Assembly: GCF_018350175.1 (NCBI RefSeq)
Contig: NC_058369.1
Coordinates: 6,200,001-6,264,000, forward strand
Origin: Felis catus
Lineage: Eukaryota
DNA: 64,000 nt
Direction: 5' to 3'
The position numbers were made by a program, and so were the translations under genes. A model generated the notes under the pieces. That model searched no databases, was not told where the DNA came from, and saw nothing but the letters and a program-made list of their open reading frames with translations. Shown in pieces: positions 1 through 36,589 of the stretch. Position 1 is the stretch's first letter, and each line of letters starts with the position of its first letter.

Positions 1-1274
1 GACGTCGCTGGGGAGGAAACGCAAGGTCAGACACGTGGGGGGGGGCAGAGGTGTGGACGGAGTGATAAGGAGAGACAGGGTGGTGAGGACACCAGGAAAC
101 GGAGAGGCAGGAAGATACAGTCACAGAGGCTGGAAGACCAAGGGGCAAGAAAACAGACACGGAGACGCGTGGACGTCAAACCACAAGGGAGAGACATGCA
201 GAGATGCAGAGACAGCAACAGAGATTTTCTGGGCAGAGATATCAGAGATTCGGAGGGAGACAGGATCTGGGGGGAGATCTGGGGCTGAGACGGGGACAGA
301 GAACAATGAACAGGAACAAGGAGGTTCAGAGAAACAGGACAGAGGGGTGAAGGGCGGGTGATGGCCCGGTGAGGAGGCCGGTGTGTCTGTGGGTCTGTGT
401 TTCCACGTCCGTGTGTCCCACTGAGCGTCCCCGAGTGGGTCTGGGAGGGCCTGGGGGGATGGGGACAGGGTCCTGCAGCCAGGAAAGAGACCTCAGTCTC
501 CATCAGACTTTGCCTGAGTCCCTCACGAGCTTGTTTGCGTGTCTCAGAACACGTGCCCACGTCCGTGCGCCTGCACGAGCCTGCACACGCCTGCCACCCG
601 TGTGTGTCTCCTGTGTGTGTGTGTGAGCACGCACACCTCGGCGTGTGTCGACGTCTCTGTGCACCCGCCTGGACGGCCCTCGCAAGTCTCCTAGCGCCTG
701 TGCACCTACGGATCTGTGCACACCTGCTCACGTGCGTGTGGCTGTTAGGCTGTGCGTCTGTGCAGAGCACCGATGGCGGGGGTTTGCCAACGTTTCCCGT
801 AAGGGGCCAGAGAAAACAACTCCGGCTCTGCAGCCACATGGTCTCCGTCACAACCGCGCACGACTCTGCCACGGCGGCACGGGAGCGGCCACGAGACGGA
901 GCGTGAACGACTGGGCGTGGCTGTGTGATTTCATTTGCGAAATCAGGCCGGGGGGCCGGATTCACTGTCGTCTGCTGACCCCCCCCCCCCACCTCGGCCT
1001 GCGGGCCCCGGGAGCGCGCGTGTACCTAGCCCACGCGTCTGTTCGTATGCGCTCGCTTCGGGCTATGTGAGACGTCGAACTGCACGGCCGGCCGCCTGCC
1101 ATCGGCGCGGGTGAGGCCAGCAGGTAAGCGCGAGAGCGTCACTCGGTCGCACGGGTGCCCGCCATCTGTGCGTGTGCGCTCGTGTGTGTCTGCGGCAGCG
1201 TGGAGGGACGGGCGTGCGAGGGCGTGGCCTCCCGGGCGCCTGTCTGTGTGCCTGCACGTGGGCCCACCTGCTCA

Positions 1275-17659
<16,385 letters not shown>

Positions 17660-17783
17660 CAGTTGCTTCAGACTGGGAGGCAGGTCTGGTAGCCCAGAGT
17701 CCTAGGGAATACGGAGTAGAAGGAACCGGTGCAAGTCGTCGCTCTGGGCCCCCCTCTCCCCTGCCGCAAGCCCTGCTCCTTAC

Positions 17784-17852
17784 CATGAGCCTTGCCCCTT
17801 TCGTACGGGCCACCTGGATGGCGTTGCTGGCCAGAGGACAGCTGGAGGGGCA
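17784..17852 (-). other. PNPLA6: Probable PNPLA6 5' exon (69 nt) upstream of the MEAPLQTGM exon (17633-17701)
   Basis: Pyrimidine tract cttctctgctcttcag| before 17852; donor ATG|gtaagg at 17784. Confidence 0.6.
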
Positions 17853-18899
17853 CTGAAGAGCAGAGAAGTGGTGCAGGTGGACCTCGAGTCCCGGGCTAGG
17901 GAGTGTGTGTGTGTGTGGGGGGTCCCTGGTTCCCCGCCTGGCTCCCGTCACCCATACGCTGGGCCGGCAGACGCCCCAGCGATAGAGCCCCACCCTGGGG
18001 CTAAAGGGCAGCCTGCCAGACACCCAGTCAGCAGCCACTGCACGGGCGCCCAAGAGGACCGACTTCCTCCCGCAAGTGGCCCCTTCCTGGCTTCTTCCCT
18101 GCAGGATTGATCAATTCTGACCCAGCAGACGCTAGGCCGCACCCCCCTGCGAAGGCTGGATGGACCTTCCCAGGGAAACTGGGGTCTTCAAGCCATGGGG
18201 GTCGAGGAGACGACTGGCTTCTGACCTAAACCTGCCCCTCCGGAAACCCACAGGCCGGGGCGCTGGGAGTGCTGCCGGCAAACTACCACACAAGGGGTCC
18301 TGGGGTGATGTCGAGGTCTCGGAAGGATCCCGAGATGCTCGGAGTGGGGCGGGGTCACAAGGTGTTCCTGGCTGATGTTGGAGCTTTACTGTCACGCATT
18401 AATAAAGTTATAGGGTCTCTGACAGTGTGGAGCATCACTGGAACTTTGGGAACGATGCTGGCGCCATTACTGAGACGAAACCAGGGATGCTGGAATTACC
18501 GGGGGTCCCTGTAAAGTTGCCTAGATTCCCAGGAATACAGGACTGTTACTGGGGAAACTGGGAGCTGGATGGGCACGTCCCAGCGGTCGTTTGAGCTAGA
18601 GAACCGGCCTCGAGATGAACGCTGGAATATTACTGGGGCTTTTCTGAGGGAATGAGAATGTTTCTGGCACGGCTGGAGTACTAACGGAAACTTGGGGGAG
18701 TCACTGGGCCCTTTAGAGACTACATGGAAAATTTACGGAGAACTAGGGCCCTTTCACCCTAGCGCACACCCAGCTACCCGCGTGGAAACACCTGCCGGGA
18801 ACTGGGGGAGGAGGGGGATGGGAACATAAGAGAGCCTGGAACTACCAGAAATCGGAGGACAGATCTTAGGAAAACCAAGGTCTCGCTAACGATCTCGGA

Positions 18900-19110
18900 A
18901 GGGACGCGTCTGCGGGGGCGACGAAAACCCGGACTCACCCAGGGGGCCGCAGCCAGGCTCCACTCTGCGCCAACACCGGTAGCTTTCCGCCCGGCGCCGC
19001 AGGCGCGGCCCCTTTAAATCATTCACCACAGGGCGCCCCGCAGCCCCGCCCCCCACCAAGGGTCCACTGTCTGGCGCAGCCCGTTACGCTGTTTGGCGAC
19101 GCCTTAAAGG
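18900..19110 (-). promoter_or_regulatory. PNPLA6: Distal PNPLA6 promoter / first non-coding exon (CpG-rich)
   Basis: Donor CTGG|gtgagt at 18939, TATA-like ATTTAAAG at about 19012-19019, GC box at 19044-19053, high CpG content. Confidence 0.6.
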
Positions 19111-19163
19111 GACCGAGACCTGTGGGCGCAGGGAATGCCCCTCCCACTAGAACCGAGAACAAG

Positions 19164-19181
19164 TTTATTTTCCCGTTTATT
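19164..19181 (-). terminator. MCOLN1: MCOLN1 polyadenylation signals (two AATAAA)
   Basis: tttatt on the + strand at 19164-19169 and 19176-19181, about 160-180 nt after the stop codon. Confidence 0.85.
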
Positions 19182-19340
19182 TAACACCCACCCACCCCTG
19201 TCCCACCGTGTCCGACCCGACTGGCACAGGTCCTCAGGGCACGGCAGCGAACCGGTCCTTTAAAAGCAAACCCTAAAAATAAATAAGCGTGAGTCTCCGC
19301 AGTCGGAGGGCTAATGTCCAATAGCAGCAGCGGGTCCGAA

Positions 19341-27627
<8,287 letters not shown>

Positions 27628-29416
27628 GCCGGGACGGGGAGCGCCGGACGCCGGCGGGCGCGGCAGGGCAGCCGGGGTCCGAGCGCCCGCCGCTGCCACT
27701 GCGGCCTCGCTCCCTCGCGGTGCAGCTTCAAACCCTCTCGCATCAGCTGACTCGAGCCGCGGTCACGTGATCGGAGCGGCGCCGCGCCCCCCCCCCCCGC
27801 CACTGGAAGCACGTGACCGGATCCTGTCCCACCCCCTGCGCCACGACAATCCCTGCGGCCGCAGCACGCATGCGTTGTCCTCGGCTGGCGACTTGCGGGG
27901 CGGAGGGCGGTCTTGGGGCCCTAACGCCGACGGTCCTTGAAGGTGCTGGGGGATGGGCTGGCTGTGAGAATGCCAAAGTAGGGCTGGTTCCGTCCTGGCT
28001 CCTTGCCACGCCTCCGTCCGGTGCCGGATTCTTGAGTTCCACGTTCAAGGCTTGACCCCTTACCCTCCCCAGAGTCCGAGGATGATCGTCCGTCCTGTCT
28101 CATGGCTGCTTCTCGGGCCTGGCAGAAACCTCATGCTTACTCGCATCTCTTTCGGCTTCCGCTCCTCTCATCTGAACTGTCGGCAAATCTATGTCATTTC
28201 CTAATTGTGTCCTAAATAGGACCACTTATCCCCACTCCTATGGCCGTCAGCCGAGAGTCCCTCAACATTCCTGGCCTGGACCACTGCAGCCACCTCCTTC
28301 CTAACCTGAGGCTCCCACTCCTGCCCCCTGCACTACACTGTCCAGGCAGCAGCCGGAAAGCATTTTGGAAGAGTAACTCCTGTTGAGTCTTCTGCCACAC
28401 CTGTCCACGTCTTCCCGGTGCTCAAGGATAACAAGCAAACTCCCACCTCAGTCTGCCCGGGGCGCTCTGCTCTGGCCCCAATCTCCCCTAGCTCATCACT
28501 CAACGGCCCCGGGGCCTTTGCACACTCTTCGAAGCACGCTGGTTAAGAACTCAGGCTCTGGCGGACAGACAGTTTGGATTAAATCTAGGCCCTGCCAACT
28601 ACCACTTACTTCTACATCCGCCAAAGGGTCCCTTAAACTCCACATGTCTGGTTGCTCGTTTGCAAAATGGGGATATTTAGTCATAGTTACCTGTCTGGTG
28701 AAGCTTTGGAATTAAAAGAGAAAATGCGAGAGCATAAACTGCAAGGGTACAGAGCAAGGCCAGGCAACCAGCACTGACAAATTAGTGGGTTATTGGGATT
28801 CTAGAATCCTCCTCAGGAGAGCAGTCCCCCCAGTAACTGCTTTTCAAAGCTTTCTGAAATTGGCATCTGTGAGTTCTGTGAAGGCCAAGGCCGTGCTTAT
28901 CTTGCTCTCTGTTGAGGCTCCAGGAAGCAACAGATTTGGGCTGAACACATAAATGAGCGCCTCTTCTGTCCAGTGCTGTACCTAGAACATGGGCTGTGAA
29001 GGGCATGGGGTAGGCTGTGCGAACACAGAACACATGGGATAGGGCTGCCGGCCAGGTCTCCTATCAGCCTCCATTATCAGCCTTCTAGACTGTCAACATG
29101 CCAGAAATTCCACCACTCAGAGAAAAGCCAGAGGGAAGGGATCCTGTTCAGACCACCCGCCAAGGAAGTCTGCCCTTGACTAGGGTGGCCAGGGTGCTCT
29201 TGGGGAGCAGAGTGGTAACTACGGTGGGCCAGTGTGAGACCTTGTGGGGGAACGGGGAAGCCTGGAGGATTAGGGGCAGGGAGCCAGGACATTGGGGTTC
29301 CAGCTATGGCTGGCACGGGCCACACCCTCCCCCATCTCCCGAGGAAAGGGCTGTGCCTTAGTGGAAAAAGAGAAACAGGCAAACCACAACACAGAGCCAG
29401 GAGGCAGTGCGAGGAT

Positions 29417-29422
29417 TTTACT
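29417..29422 (-). terminator. ZNF358: Candidate variant poly(A) signal AGTAAA of ZNF358
   Basis: About 55 nt after the stop codon, followed on the minus strand by a GT/T-rich tract; no AATAAA nearby. Confidence 0.45.
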
Positions 29423-29474
29423 AAACTGCACGACACACAACTTCCCCAGGCCCCCGGGAGCATCGGCGTCCACT

Positions 29475-31142
29475 TCAGCCGTCGGGCCCCAGCAGCGCCC
29501 CTTGCTCCCGCACCCACTCAGGACTCTCACCAGTAGGGAGGGCTGGGCTGACAGTGTCATGGGTGGGGGAGCAGGGTTCGGGATGAGACTCGGGGTTGGA
29601 GTCGGAGCTGGGGCCAGATCCGTGGTCAGGGCTGGCCACAAGGTCGGGATCTGGGTCGTGACCAGGCTTAGGGTCAGAAGCTTTGATAGAATCAGGGGTG
29701 GGGGTAGATTCGGAGCCAGAGACAGCCTTGGGGCTGGGATTAGGGAGGGAGCCCGGCTCGGAGCCAGGGTCAGAGCCAAGGCCAGAGCTGGGGCCAGGGC
29801 TGAGGCCCAGGCCGGAGCCGAGAACAGACACAGCATCAGGCCCCAGGAGGGAGACCTGCCCGGGCCGCAGCATCGAAGCAGGACTGAGGCCCAGGCCTGC
29901 GGCGGCCGCCGCGGCAGCGGCAGCCGCCGCGGCGGCGCCCTCGTGCACGCGCTTGTGCTTGGTGAGGCTGGAAGCCTGGCCGAAGGCCTTGCCGCAGAGC
30001 TGGCAGCGGTAGGGGCGCTCTCCGGAATGCACGTGCAGGTGCTGCAGCAGCGCGGAGCTCTGCCCGAAGGCCTTGGAGCAGTGGGGGCAGGCGTAGGGCC
30101 GCTCGCCCGTGTGGATGCGCAGGTGGTGCTGCAGGTTGGAGCTCTGGCCGAACGCCTTGCCGCAGTGGGGACAGCGGTACGGGCGCTCCGCCGTGTGCGT
30201 GCGCTGGTGCTGCAGCAGCGCCGAGCTCTGGCCGAAGGCTTTGCCGCACTGCGGGCACGGGTACGGCCGCTCGCCCGTGTGCGTGCGCAGGTGCTTCAGC
30301 AGCGCGGAGCCCTGCCCGAAGCCCTTGGCGCACACGGGGCACTTGTGCGGCCGCGGGCCGCCGTGCGTGCGCAGGTGCTGCGCCAGCAGCGAGCCGTGCC
30401 CGAAGGCCTTGCCGCACACGGGGCAGTGGTGCGGCTTCTCGCCGCTGTGGCTGCTGCGGTGCTTCAGCAGGGTGGAGCGCCAGCCGAAGGCCTTGCCGCA
30501 GGCGGCGCACTGGTAGGGCCGCGCGCCCGTGTGGATGCCCCGGTGCTGGGCCAGCGTGGCGCCGTGGCTGAACGACTTGCCGCAGTCGGGGCAGCGGTAG
30601 GGCTTCTCGCCGCTGTGGGTGCGGCGGTGCTGGCTCAGCCCCGAGCTGCGGCGGAAGGCTCGCCCGCAATCGGGGCAGGAGAAGGGCCGGGGAGGGCTGG
30701 CAGGCGCAGGAAGCACCGCGGGGCTGGCGGCCAGGACCTCGGGAGTGGCAGTGAGGCTAGATGAGAGGGGGTCCAGGTCTGGGGCTTCGGTGGGGCTGAG
30801 GGTGTCGCTGTTGGGGTCAAGAACCAGGGGGACAGGGCCGATGACGTCTGGATCCAGGTCGAAACTTGAGGACATGGGGTCGAGATCTTGGGGATCCGAG
30901 TCACGGGTCCCCGAGACGGAGCTCGGAGCTTCAGCATCGGGGTCCAGATCCTCAGAGACGGGCTCCAGATCTTCGTAGCTGGGGTCCACATCTTCGGAGA
31001 CAGTGTTGAGGTCTTCTGGGTCGGGCTCTGGGTCCAGCTCTTCAGGGTTGGGGTCCAGGTCCTCGGAGTCAGAGTCAAGCTCGTCGTAAGCGGGCCTTGG
31101 GCCTTTGTGGCCTGGGTTCCTGACCAGGACCGAGCGCCGCAT
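29475..31142 (-). CDS. ZNF358: Zinc finger protein 358, single coding exon, 555 aa
   Basis: ATG at 31142 ([14 protein letters not shown]) after an acceptor cag| at 31180; acidic EDLDP repeats, 9 C2H2 fingers with TGE(K/R)PY-type linkers, poly-Ala13, Pro/Ser/Gly-rich tail; lies next to MCOLN1 as in other mammals. Confidence 0.95.
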   Translation of the reverse strand: MRRSVLVRNPGHKGPRPAYDELDSDSEDLDPNPEELDPEPDPEDLNTVSEDVDPSYEDLEPVSEDLDPDAEAPSSVSGTRDSDPQDLDPMSSSFDLDPDVIGPVPLVLDPNSDTLSPTEAPDLDPLSSSLTATPEVLAASPAVLPAPASPPRPFSCPDCGRAFRRSSGLSQHRRTHSGEKPYRCPDCGKSFSHGATLAQHRGIHTGARPYQCAACGKAFGWRSTLLKHRSSHSGEKPHHCPVCGKAFGHGSLLAQHLRTHGGPRPHKCPVCAKGFGQGSALLKHLRTHTGERPYPCPQCGKAFGQSSALLQHQRTHTAERPYRCPHCGKAFGQSSNLQHHLRIHTGERPYACPHCSKAFGQSSALLQHLHVHSGERPYRCQLCGKAFGQASSLTKHKRVHEGAAAAAAAAAAAAAGLGLSPASMLRPGQVSLLGPDAVSVLGSGLGLSPGPSSGLGSDPGSEPGSLPNPSPKAVSGSESTPTPDSIKASDPKPGHDPDPDLVASPDHGSGPSSDSNPESHPEPCSPTHDTVSPALPTGESPEWVREQGALLGPDG

Positions 31143-32939
31143 CCCTGGTGTGGAAATGCTGGCTGCTTCTAGGGCCGGATCTGCAGGGGTGAGGACAGAG
31201 GGTGGGTGGAGGTAGGTGCTGGAGAACAGGGGGTCTCTCTTGGAGTCTGGGCAGGGAAGTGAGAGGGGGCCGTGCCCCACAGCCCATCGCTGCACACACA
31301 CATGGATCCTTCTCTTGTCTCAGACTGCGGGGAGACTTGTGGCAAGCCCCAGACAGGGCAGGGAGAAGAGGGACCCTGGTGGGACATGGGGTCCCGCCCC
31401 ATGGGGGTGGGGCGGGGCTTCCCTTCTCAGCACCACACCTGGATGGAAGTCATGGGACCCGGCACTAGAGGTCTCCAGTACCCAGTTCCAGGGCTCTGCC
31501 CCTCTCTGCATCTTGGGCTCCTCCTCCCGTGGGAAGCTTGGGTCCTGTGGAGGAGAGAGAATCCAGGCTTCCTGCCCCCTTGGCTGGGGTCCCCTCACGG
31601 GAAAGAGGGATAAGTCCCTGGGTTCCTGTGCTTCCTCGTAGTACACGGCCTGAATCCCAGTTCCATCACTGGGGAGGGCATATTTGGGGTTTCCCCTGAA
31701 ACCTCGGGCTTGCCTCGTAGAGAGGAGCATTGTGAGCTCTGAAGCTTGGATGTGGGGGGTGAGTGGGGGGCAAAAAGCATCTGGTACTCATCTTGGGTCA
31801 CTGGGGGAGGGCAGGGGCACCTCTGGCTTGCTTGCTGGGGAAGAGACGACCTGAGTGCCAGACCTCACAGTTCCGGGGTGGGAGTAACGGTCAAGACCCT
31901 TGTGTACCCGAATGCCAAGTTCCTAAAGCTAGAGAGGGTGGGGGAAATGCTGTAGGACCCAGTGGGACGCAGGGAGACCCATGGACCCCATAGCCAGGAG
32001 AGCAGGGACAGGTGTTGGTATACCTGTCTGCCCAACTGGATAGAAATCCTGAATTCTAACCCCTATGGGGGGGGGGGGGAGGCGCAAAAATAATACCTGG
32101 GGCTCCTCTTAGGTTACTGGGGGGGGGGGGCGGTCTTGGGTCATCTCCTAAAAAGGGAAATTCCTGAGTAACTGAGCCAATGGCTGAGATATGGCGACGG
32201 GTGTCAGGACCCTTTTATCCTCTCCTGGAGAAAAGATCCTGAATTCCATCCAGCCCCATGCCTGGTGGTTGGGAACAAGGTCTAGAAACAATAGCTGGGA
32301 CCCCTTCTGGGGAGCACAGGGAGCTCAGGATTACCTGATGGGGAGGCGGTCTGGAGCTACCCACTCCATGGGTGGGGGTTGGGGAGCAAACGACAGATAG
32401 ATCTGATCCTGGAGGGAGAGGGACATCCTAGCCACAACCCCACAGCTGGAAGTGGCTAAGCAAGAGGGTGGAGTTCTTAGATCACCTCCTGAACCCAGAC
32501 ACCACATTGGGGGGGGGGGGGGGCGGACAATGCCTGGGTCCCCTTCTGGGTTCCTGGGGGGGGCAGGGGGACCTTTAGATTGCCTCCTGAGGAAGGGCCC
32601 TCCCAAATTCCCATCTCTTAGCTGGAAGGGGGGGGGGCATTCTGAGTTCCTGGGGGGGGGCAGGTGGACCCCTGGATGACCTCCTGCGAAGGGGCTTCCA
32701 GAACTCTGGCCCCCAAGACTGGAGAGTAGGGGGAACAATAACGGGGCTCCAGAGGGTCAGAGGGAACCCCTGGATCCCTCTCTTGAGGAAGGGCCTCCTG
32801 AACTCCCGACCTCAGGCTGGAGGGTGGGGAGAACAATACTTAGACGTCCTCCACGGTTCCTGGGATGGAGGGGGTCTGGATCGCCTCCAGGGGAAGGGGC
32901 GTCCTGAGCTCCCGACCCCACAGCTGAGGGTGCCCCCCC

Positions 32940-33570
32940 CCCATACCTCCCGATTTCAGGCGCCCAGCTCCGGCTGGGCCCTTCCCCGGGGACGCGGCGG
33001 CCGAAAGGGCGCGCTAGGCCCGCGGGCCGCGGGGACCCCCTCCCCTCACGCCCGCGACCCCGCTCTCCCGGGCGGGGCGGGCGGCGCGCGCGAGCGGAGG
33101 TTGGGGGGGAGGCGGACAGAGGTCGCCCCGGGCCGCGCCCCGCGCCCGCCCCCGCCCCGGCCGCGACCCCGGCCCCCGCCCGCCCNNNNNNNNNNNNNNN
33201 NNNNNNNNNNNNNNNNNNNNNNNNNNNNNNNNNNNNNNNNNNNNNNNNNNNNNNNNNNNNNNNNNNNNNNNNNNNNNNNNNNNNNNNNNNNNNNNNNNNN
33301 NNNNNNNNNNNNNNNNNNNNNNNNNNNNNNNNNNNNNNNNNNNNNNNNNNNNNNNNNNNNNNNNNNNNNNNNNNNNNNNNNNNNNNNNNNNNNNNNNNNN
33401 NNNNNNNNNNNNNNNNNNNNNNNNNNNNNNNNNNTGTCCCGGCCCGGCCGCCCCGGCCGCGCGGCCGCGCCTTTGTCTGCGCCGCGCCCTCCCGCGCTGC
33501 CCTCGCCCCGGCCCGGCCCGGCCCCGCGTCTCAGCCTCTCGGGGTCCCTCTCTGCCCTCGCCTGCCTCGG
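32940..33570 (-). promoter_or_regulatory. ZNF358: ZNF358 CpG-island promoter / non-coding first exon, interrupted by an assembly gap
   Basis: Very GC- and CpG-rich with GC boxes; candidate donor GGAG|gtatgg at 32947. Confidence 0.7.
33186..33434. other. Assembly gap (249 N)
   Basis: Run of n characters. Confidence 1.
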
Positions 33571-34099
33571 CCCCTGTGTCTGTCTCTCGCCTGTCTCTCT
33601 TTCCATCCCTGCTCCCCTCTCCGCGCCTAGCTCTGTTCCTTTCTGTGTCTCTGTCCCTCTCCTCCTGCGTCTCTCTGTTTCAATCTCTTTGCCTCCGTTC
33701 CTGCCACTTTTTTCTGCCTCTGCCCCTCCGTCTCTCTTTCTGTCCTCCTCTGTCTCTGTCTCTGCCTCCTGCCCATGTGTCTGACTCTATCTTTGCCCAA
33801 AAGGCACCAAACCTTGTTTCCCTGGCCGACTGGCACTGCACGGAAACACAGCCAAGGCTCGGAGAAGCCCTGCAATTTACGAAGTTGTTAATCTTTGCCC
33901 AGCCCAGCGTCTCCCTTTAAGATTCTGCCAGGGAAAGGGCTGGGAACGCTGTCCCTGAGTGTGTTCCTCCTACCCGGCTGATGGGTCACTCACTGCTGTC
34001 ACTGGTGTGGACTCCCTGTGTCTGATGCCCACTGGAGTGACGATGATCTCTGGAGAAGCCTAGGCCAGAGCTGGGAAGGACTCTGGGCAGACTTTACCT

Positions 34100-34640
34100 G
34101 GAGACACAGATCCCCGCGAAGAGGGAGTGAAAAACAGCCCCGGCAGCTGGGCCGTGATGTTCTTCACTGAACATAAACAACAGTCACAGAATATAAACAA
34201 TGATCACACAAGGCCGCTCTGTGACCATGTCTGAACCAAGCCAGAGACAAGGACACGCTGCAACCACAAAAATGAATACACACCCTCCTCTCCCGATCAG
34301 CGCAAGTGACTGCTGCTTCTTACCAACGATAGCCCCGCGTCCATTCTTCCACTGCTAGATAAAAATCATCAAAATACCCAGGCACCAATCCGCTCCCTGC
34401 TAGCACCAACTTAGACTTGGCCTCTACCGTCTTCAGCTGTCTTTAAAACTACCCAGCACATGCCTGCATCCCATAAGATGCCCTCCTGTCCCACAACACC
34501 CTCTTATGGAGGCACCCCATGGTTCCTATTATGTGATCTTTCCCGCTGGAGCAAGCTAAAAAAAAAAAAATTTTTTTTTTTTTTTTATGACAGGTGTATT
34601 TCTGATGGTCGTTGGCCGGTTAATTTTGGCACCACCTACC
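34100..34640. mobile_element. Probable old ERV LTR remnant, family not assigned
   Basis: LTR-like composition and motifs (gtgactgctgcttcttacca, ccaatc, ctttaaaac); recognised by resemblance only. Confidence 0.35.
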
Positions 34641-34859
34641 CTTGAAGAGAACCTCAAGTACATCAGGCCTCCAGGAGTCTTCTCTCTCCTGTCGTGAACC
34701 TTCTAGATCTGTGCTGACCTTATGGTCTGAAACTTGCTCTCCACGCTTCTGCGGGAAAGCCCACAGAAGATCTGAGAGGTTTGAGACTGAAATTGGATTA
34801 TGTCACTGGTTTCCTCACCCCGTCGCCTCCCGGAAGATCCCATAACAAATAATACTTGT

Positions 34860-35064
34860 GTTTTTTTTTTTTTTTTTTGAGACAGAGAGAGACAGAGCAT
34901 GAACAGGGGAGGGGCAGAGAGAGAGGGAGACACAGAATCGGAAGCAGGCTCCAGGCTCTGAGCCATCAGCCCAGAGCCCGACGCGGGGCTCGAACTCACG
35001 GACCGCGAGATCGTGACCTGAGCTGAAGTCGGACGCTTAACCCACTGAGCCACCCAGGGGCCCC
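34860..35064 (-). mobile_element. Young felid Can-SINE (SINEC_Fc)
   Basis: Near-consensus copy with a 16-bp TSD aacaaataatacttgt at 34844-34859 and 35065-35080. Confidence 0.95.
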
Positions 35065-36589
35065 AACAAATAATACTTGTAATGACAGCTGTTGTTTCTG
35101 TCTGCTAAGTACCTCAGTCAGAACCTTGCTTTCTCTTTGTGGATCCTTCCCCACTACTCCAGTCTAACACAGCCCCCCCCCCCCCCCCAGTAATATTCGA
35201 TCTAAGCTTACCAATCAGACAACTCCATCCCCTGGCCACAGTAAGTAGGTCTGAGGACATGACATTGGAAGGTCTCATTCTTTCTCTGGGATCGTCAGCT
35301 GTATGTAGGACCTCATCTTACCCACAGCCACCTTGTGCAGTTGTCTGGAAGAACAGTCTGCAGACTGAAGCCAGTCTACACCAGGATGTACAGGTGAAGT
35401 CGGAGAGACAGTTCTGGCAATATTGGTTGAGCTCCTGGATAGAGCCATACCTGAAGCCAGATGCCCTGATCCTTTCCATTACCACGAGCCAACAAATTTC
35501 CCAGACAGTTGGGATAGTTTTGTCCCTTGAATCCCTATTCTGTCCCTTGAATCCATGATAGTTTTAACTTATCTAGAATTAGTACCTGGAAACGGAAGGA
35601 TATTGAGGGAAATGACTTCAAACGTGGGATTGGCTGAGCAACGTTGAGGTAGAGGGCCGGGGCCACCGCGTACACATACGTATTCACTTTAAAGTGAAGG
35701 GCACTCCCTAGATTTATACAGTGCACAATCTGCCCTGAGAAGAGTCTTCCTCGAGAAACAAGAAATCTGTTATGTGGAAGAAAAATACCTTCTTAAAACC
35801 CTGCCTATTTTATCTCGGGACTCTAAACACGCGTCTCTTGAGACTGTGGTTTGAGGGTCTTTGGAGAAAAACATGGAGGATGTTGAAATACGTGAGAGCC
35901 TTCCTAAGGTCTTCAGAAAGGTCTCCTTCGACAGACGCAAGCTGCCTCTGTGGACTTCTTGAAGGAGAGACTAGCGTCTGCTTGATTTTGTGATTGCCAG
36001 AGCTGAATTCTCTGCCCCAAACTGGAAGAGGAAGTTAGTAATGAGGTGGGAGATAAGATTGGGACTCTCGGAGAACCAGGGCGCATTAGATGCCTCCGGC
36101 TACTCTCTAACACCGAACACTCCCAGTCTATAAACGTACAATTATTCTCCGTTGGGAGGAGCCTAGTAGCTGACTTTCCACCCTCCGGATTGTAACCTGG
36201 AGCAAAATAGATGCTAAGGGGATGGCAGGCACAGGTCTGTTGCTAGGAAACAAGGTCCAGAAATCCCCCAGGGGTGGGCTAGTGGACCGGCCATCCAATC
36301 ATAGCATTCTATCCCTCTGGGCACAGTGATTGGCTCACGGCTAGGCATGTGACTCAAATGCGCCAATCAGCGTGTCCCTTAAGTTCCACTAAGAGAAGTC
36401 GGGAGCAAGACCCCTCCCTCTTTCTTTGAGGCTTTAATCAAAAGGATTTGGATCATAGCATCTTTTTATAGCGTCCTTGGAACCCAATGGTTCCAAGCCA
36501 CCACTTGCAGGGATACAGGACTGAGAACTGGCGAGGGAGAACAGTCCTGATAGTCACGTGAGACCTAATTCCACATTTTATTTCTAAGT

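Noticed and set aside
1-40. Acceptor-like ctgac...tttcctccccag|CGACGTC on the minus strand at the window edge, as the next PNPLA6 exon
   Set aside because: The expected continuation (A-D-I/V, CG GAC) does not fit CG ACG TC without a 1-nt indel, and only 7 nt are visible; it cannot be resolved here.
27-992. 321-aa minus-strand ORF and overlapping ORFs
   Set aside because: Low-complexity GC-rich intron sequence with no recognisable domain.
29292-30764. 490-aa antisense ORF and 277-aa alternative-frame ORF over ZNF358
   Set aside because: Common by-product of GC-rich C2H2 codon usage; non-ATG starts and no independent evidence.
31143-31301. N-terminal 53 aa of the 608-aa ZNF358 ORF
   Set aside because: Most of it lies upstream of the acceptor at 31180; the recognisable protein starts at ATG 31142.
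32783-33784. ORFs spanning the N run
   Set aside because: Artefacts of translating through the assembly gap.
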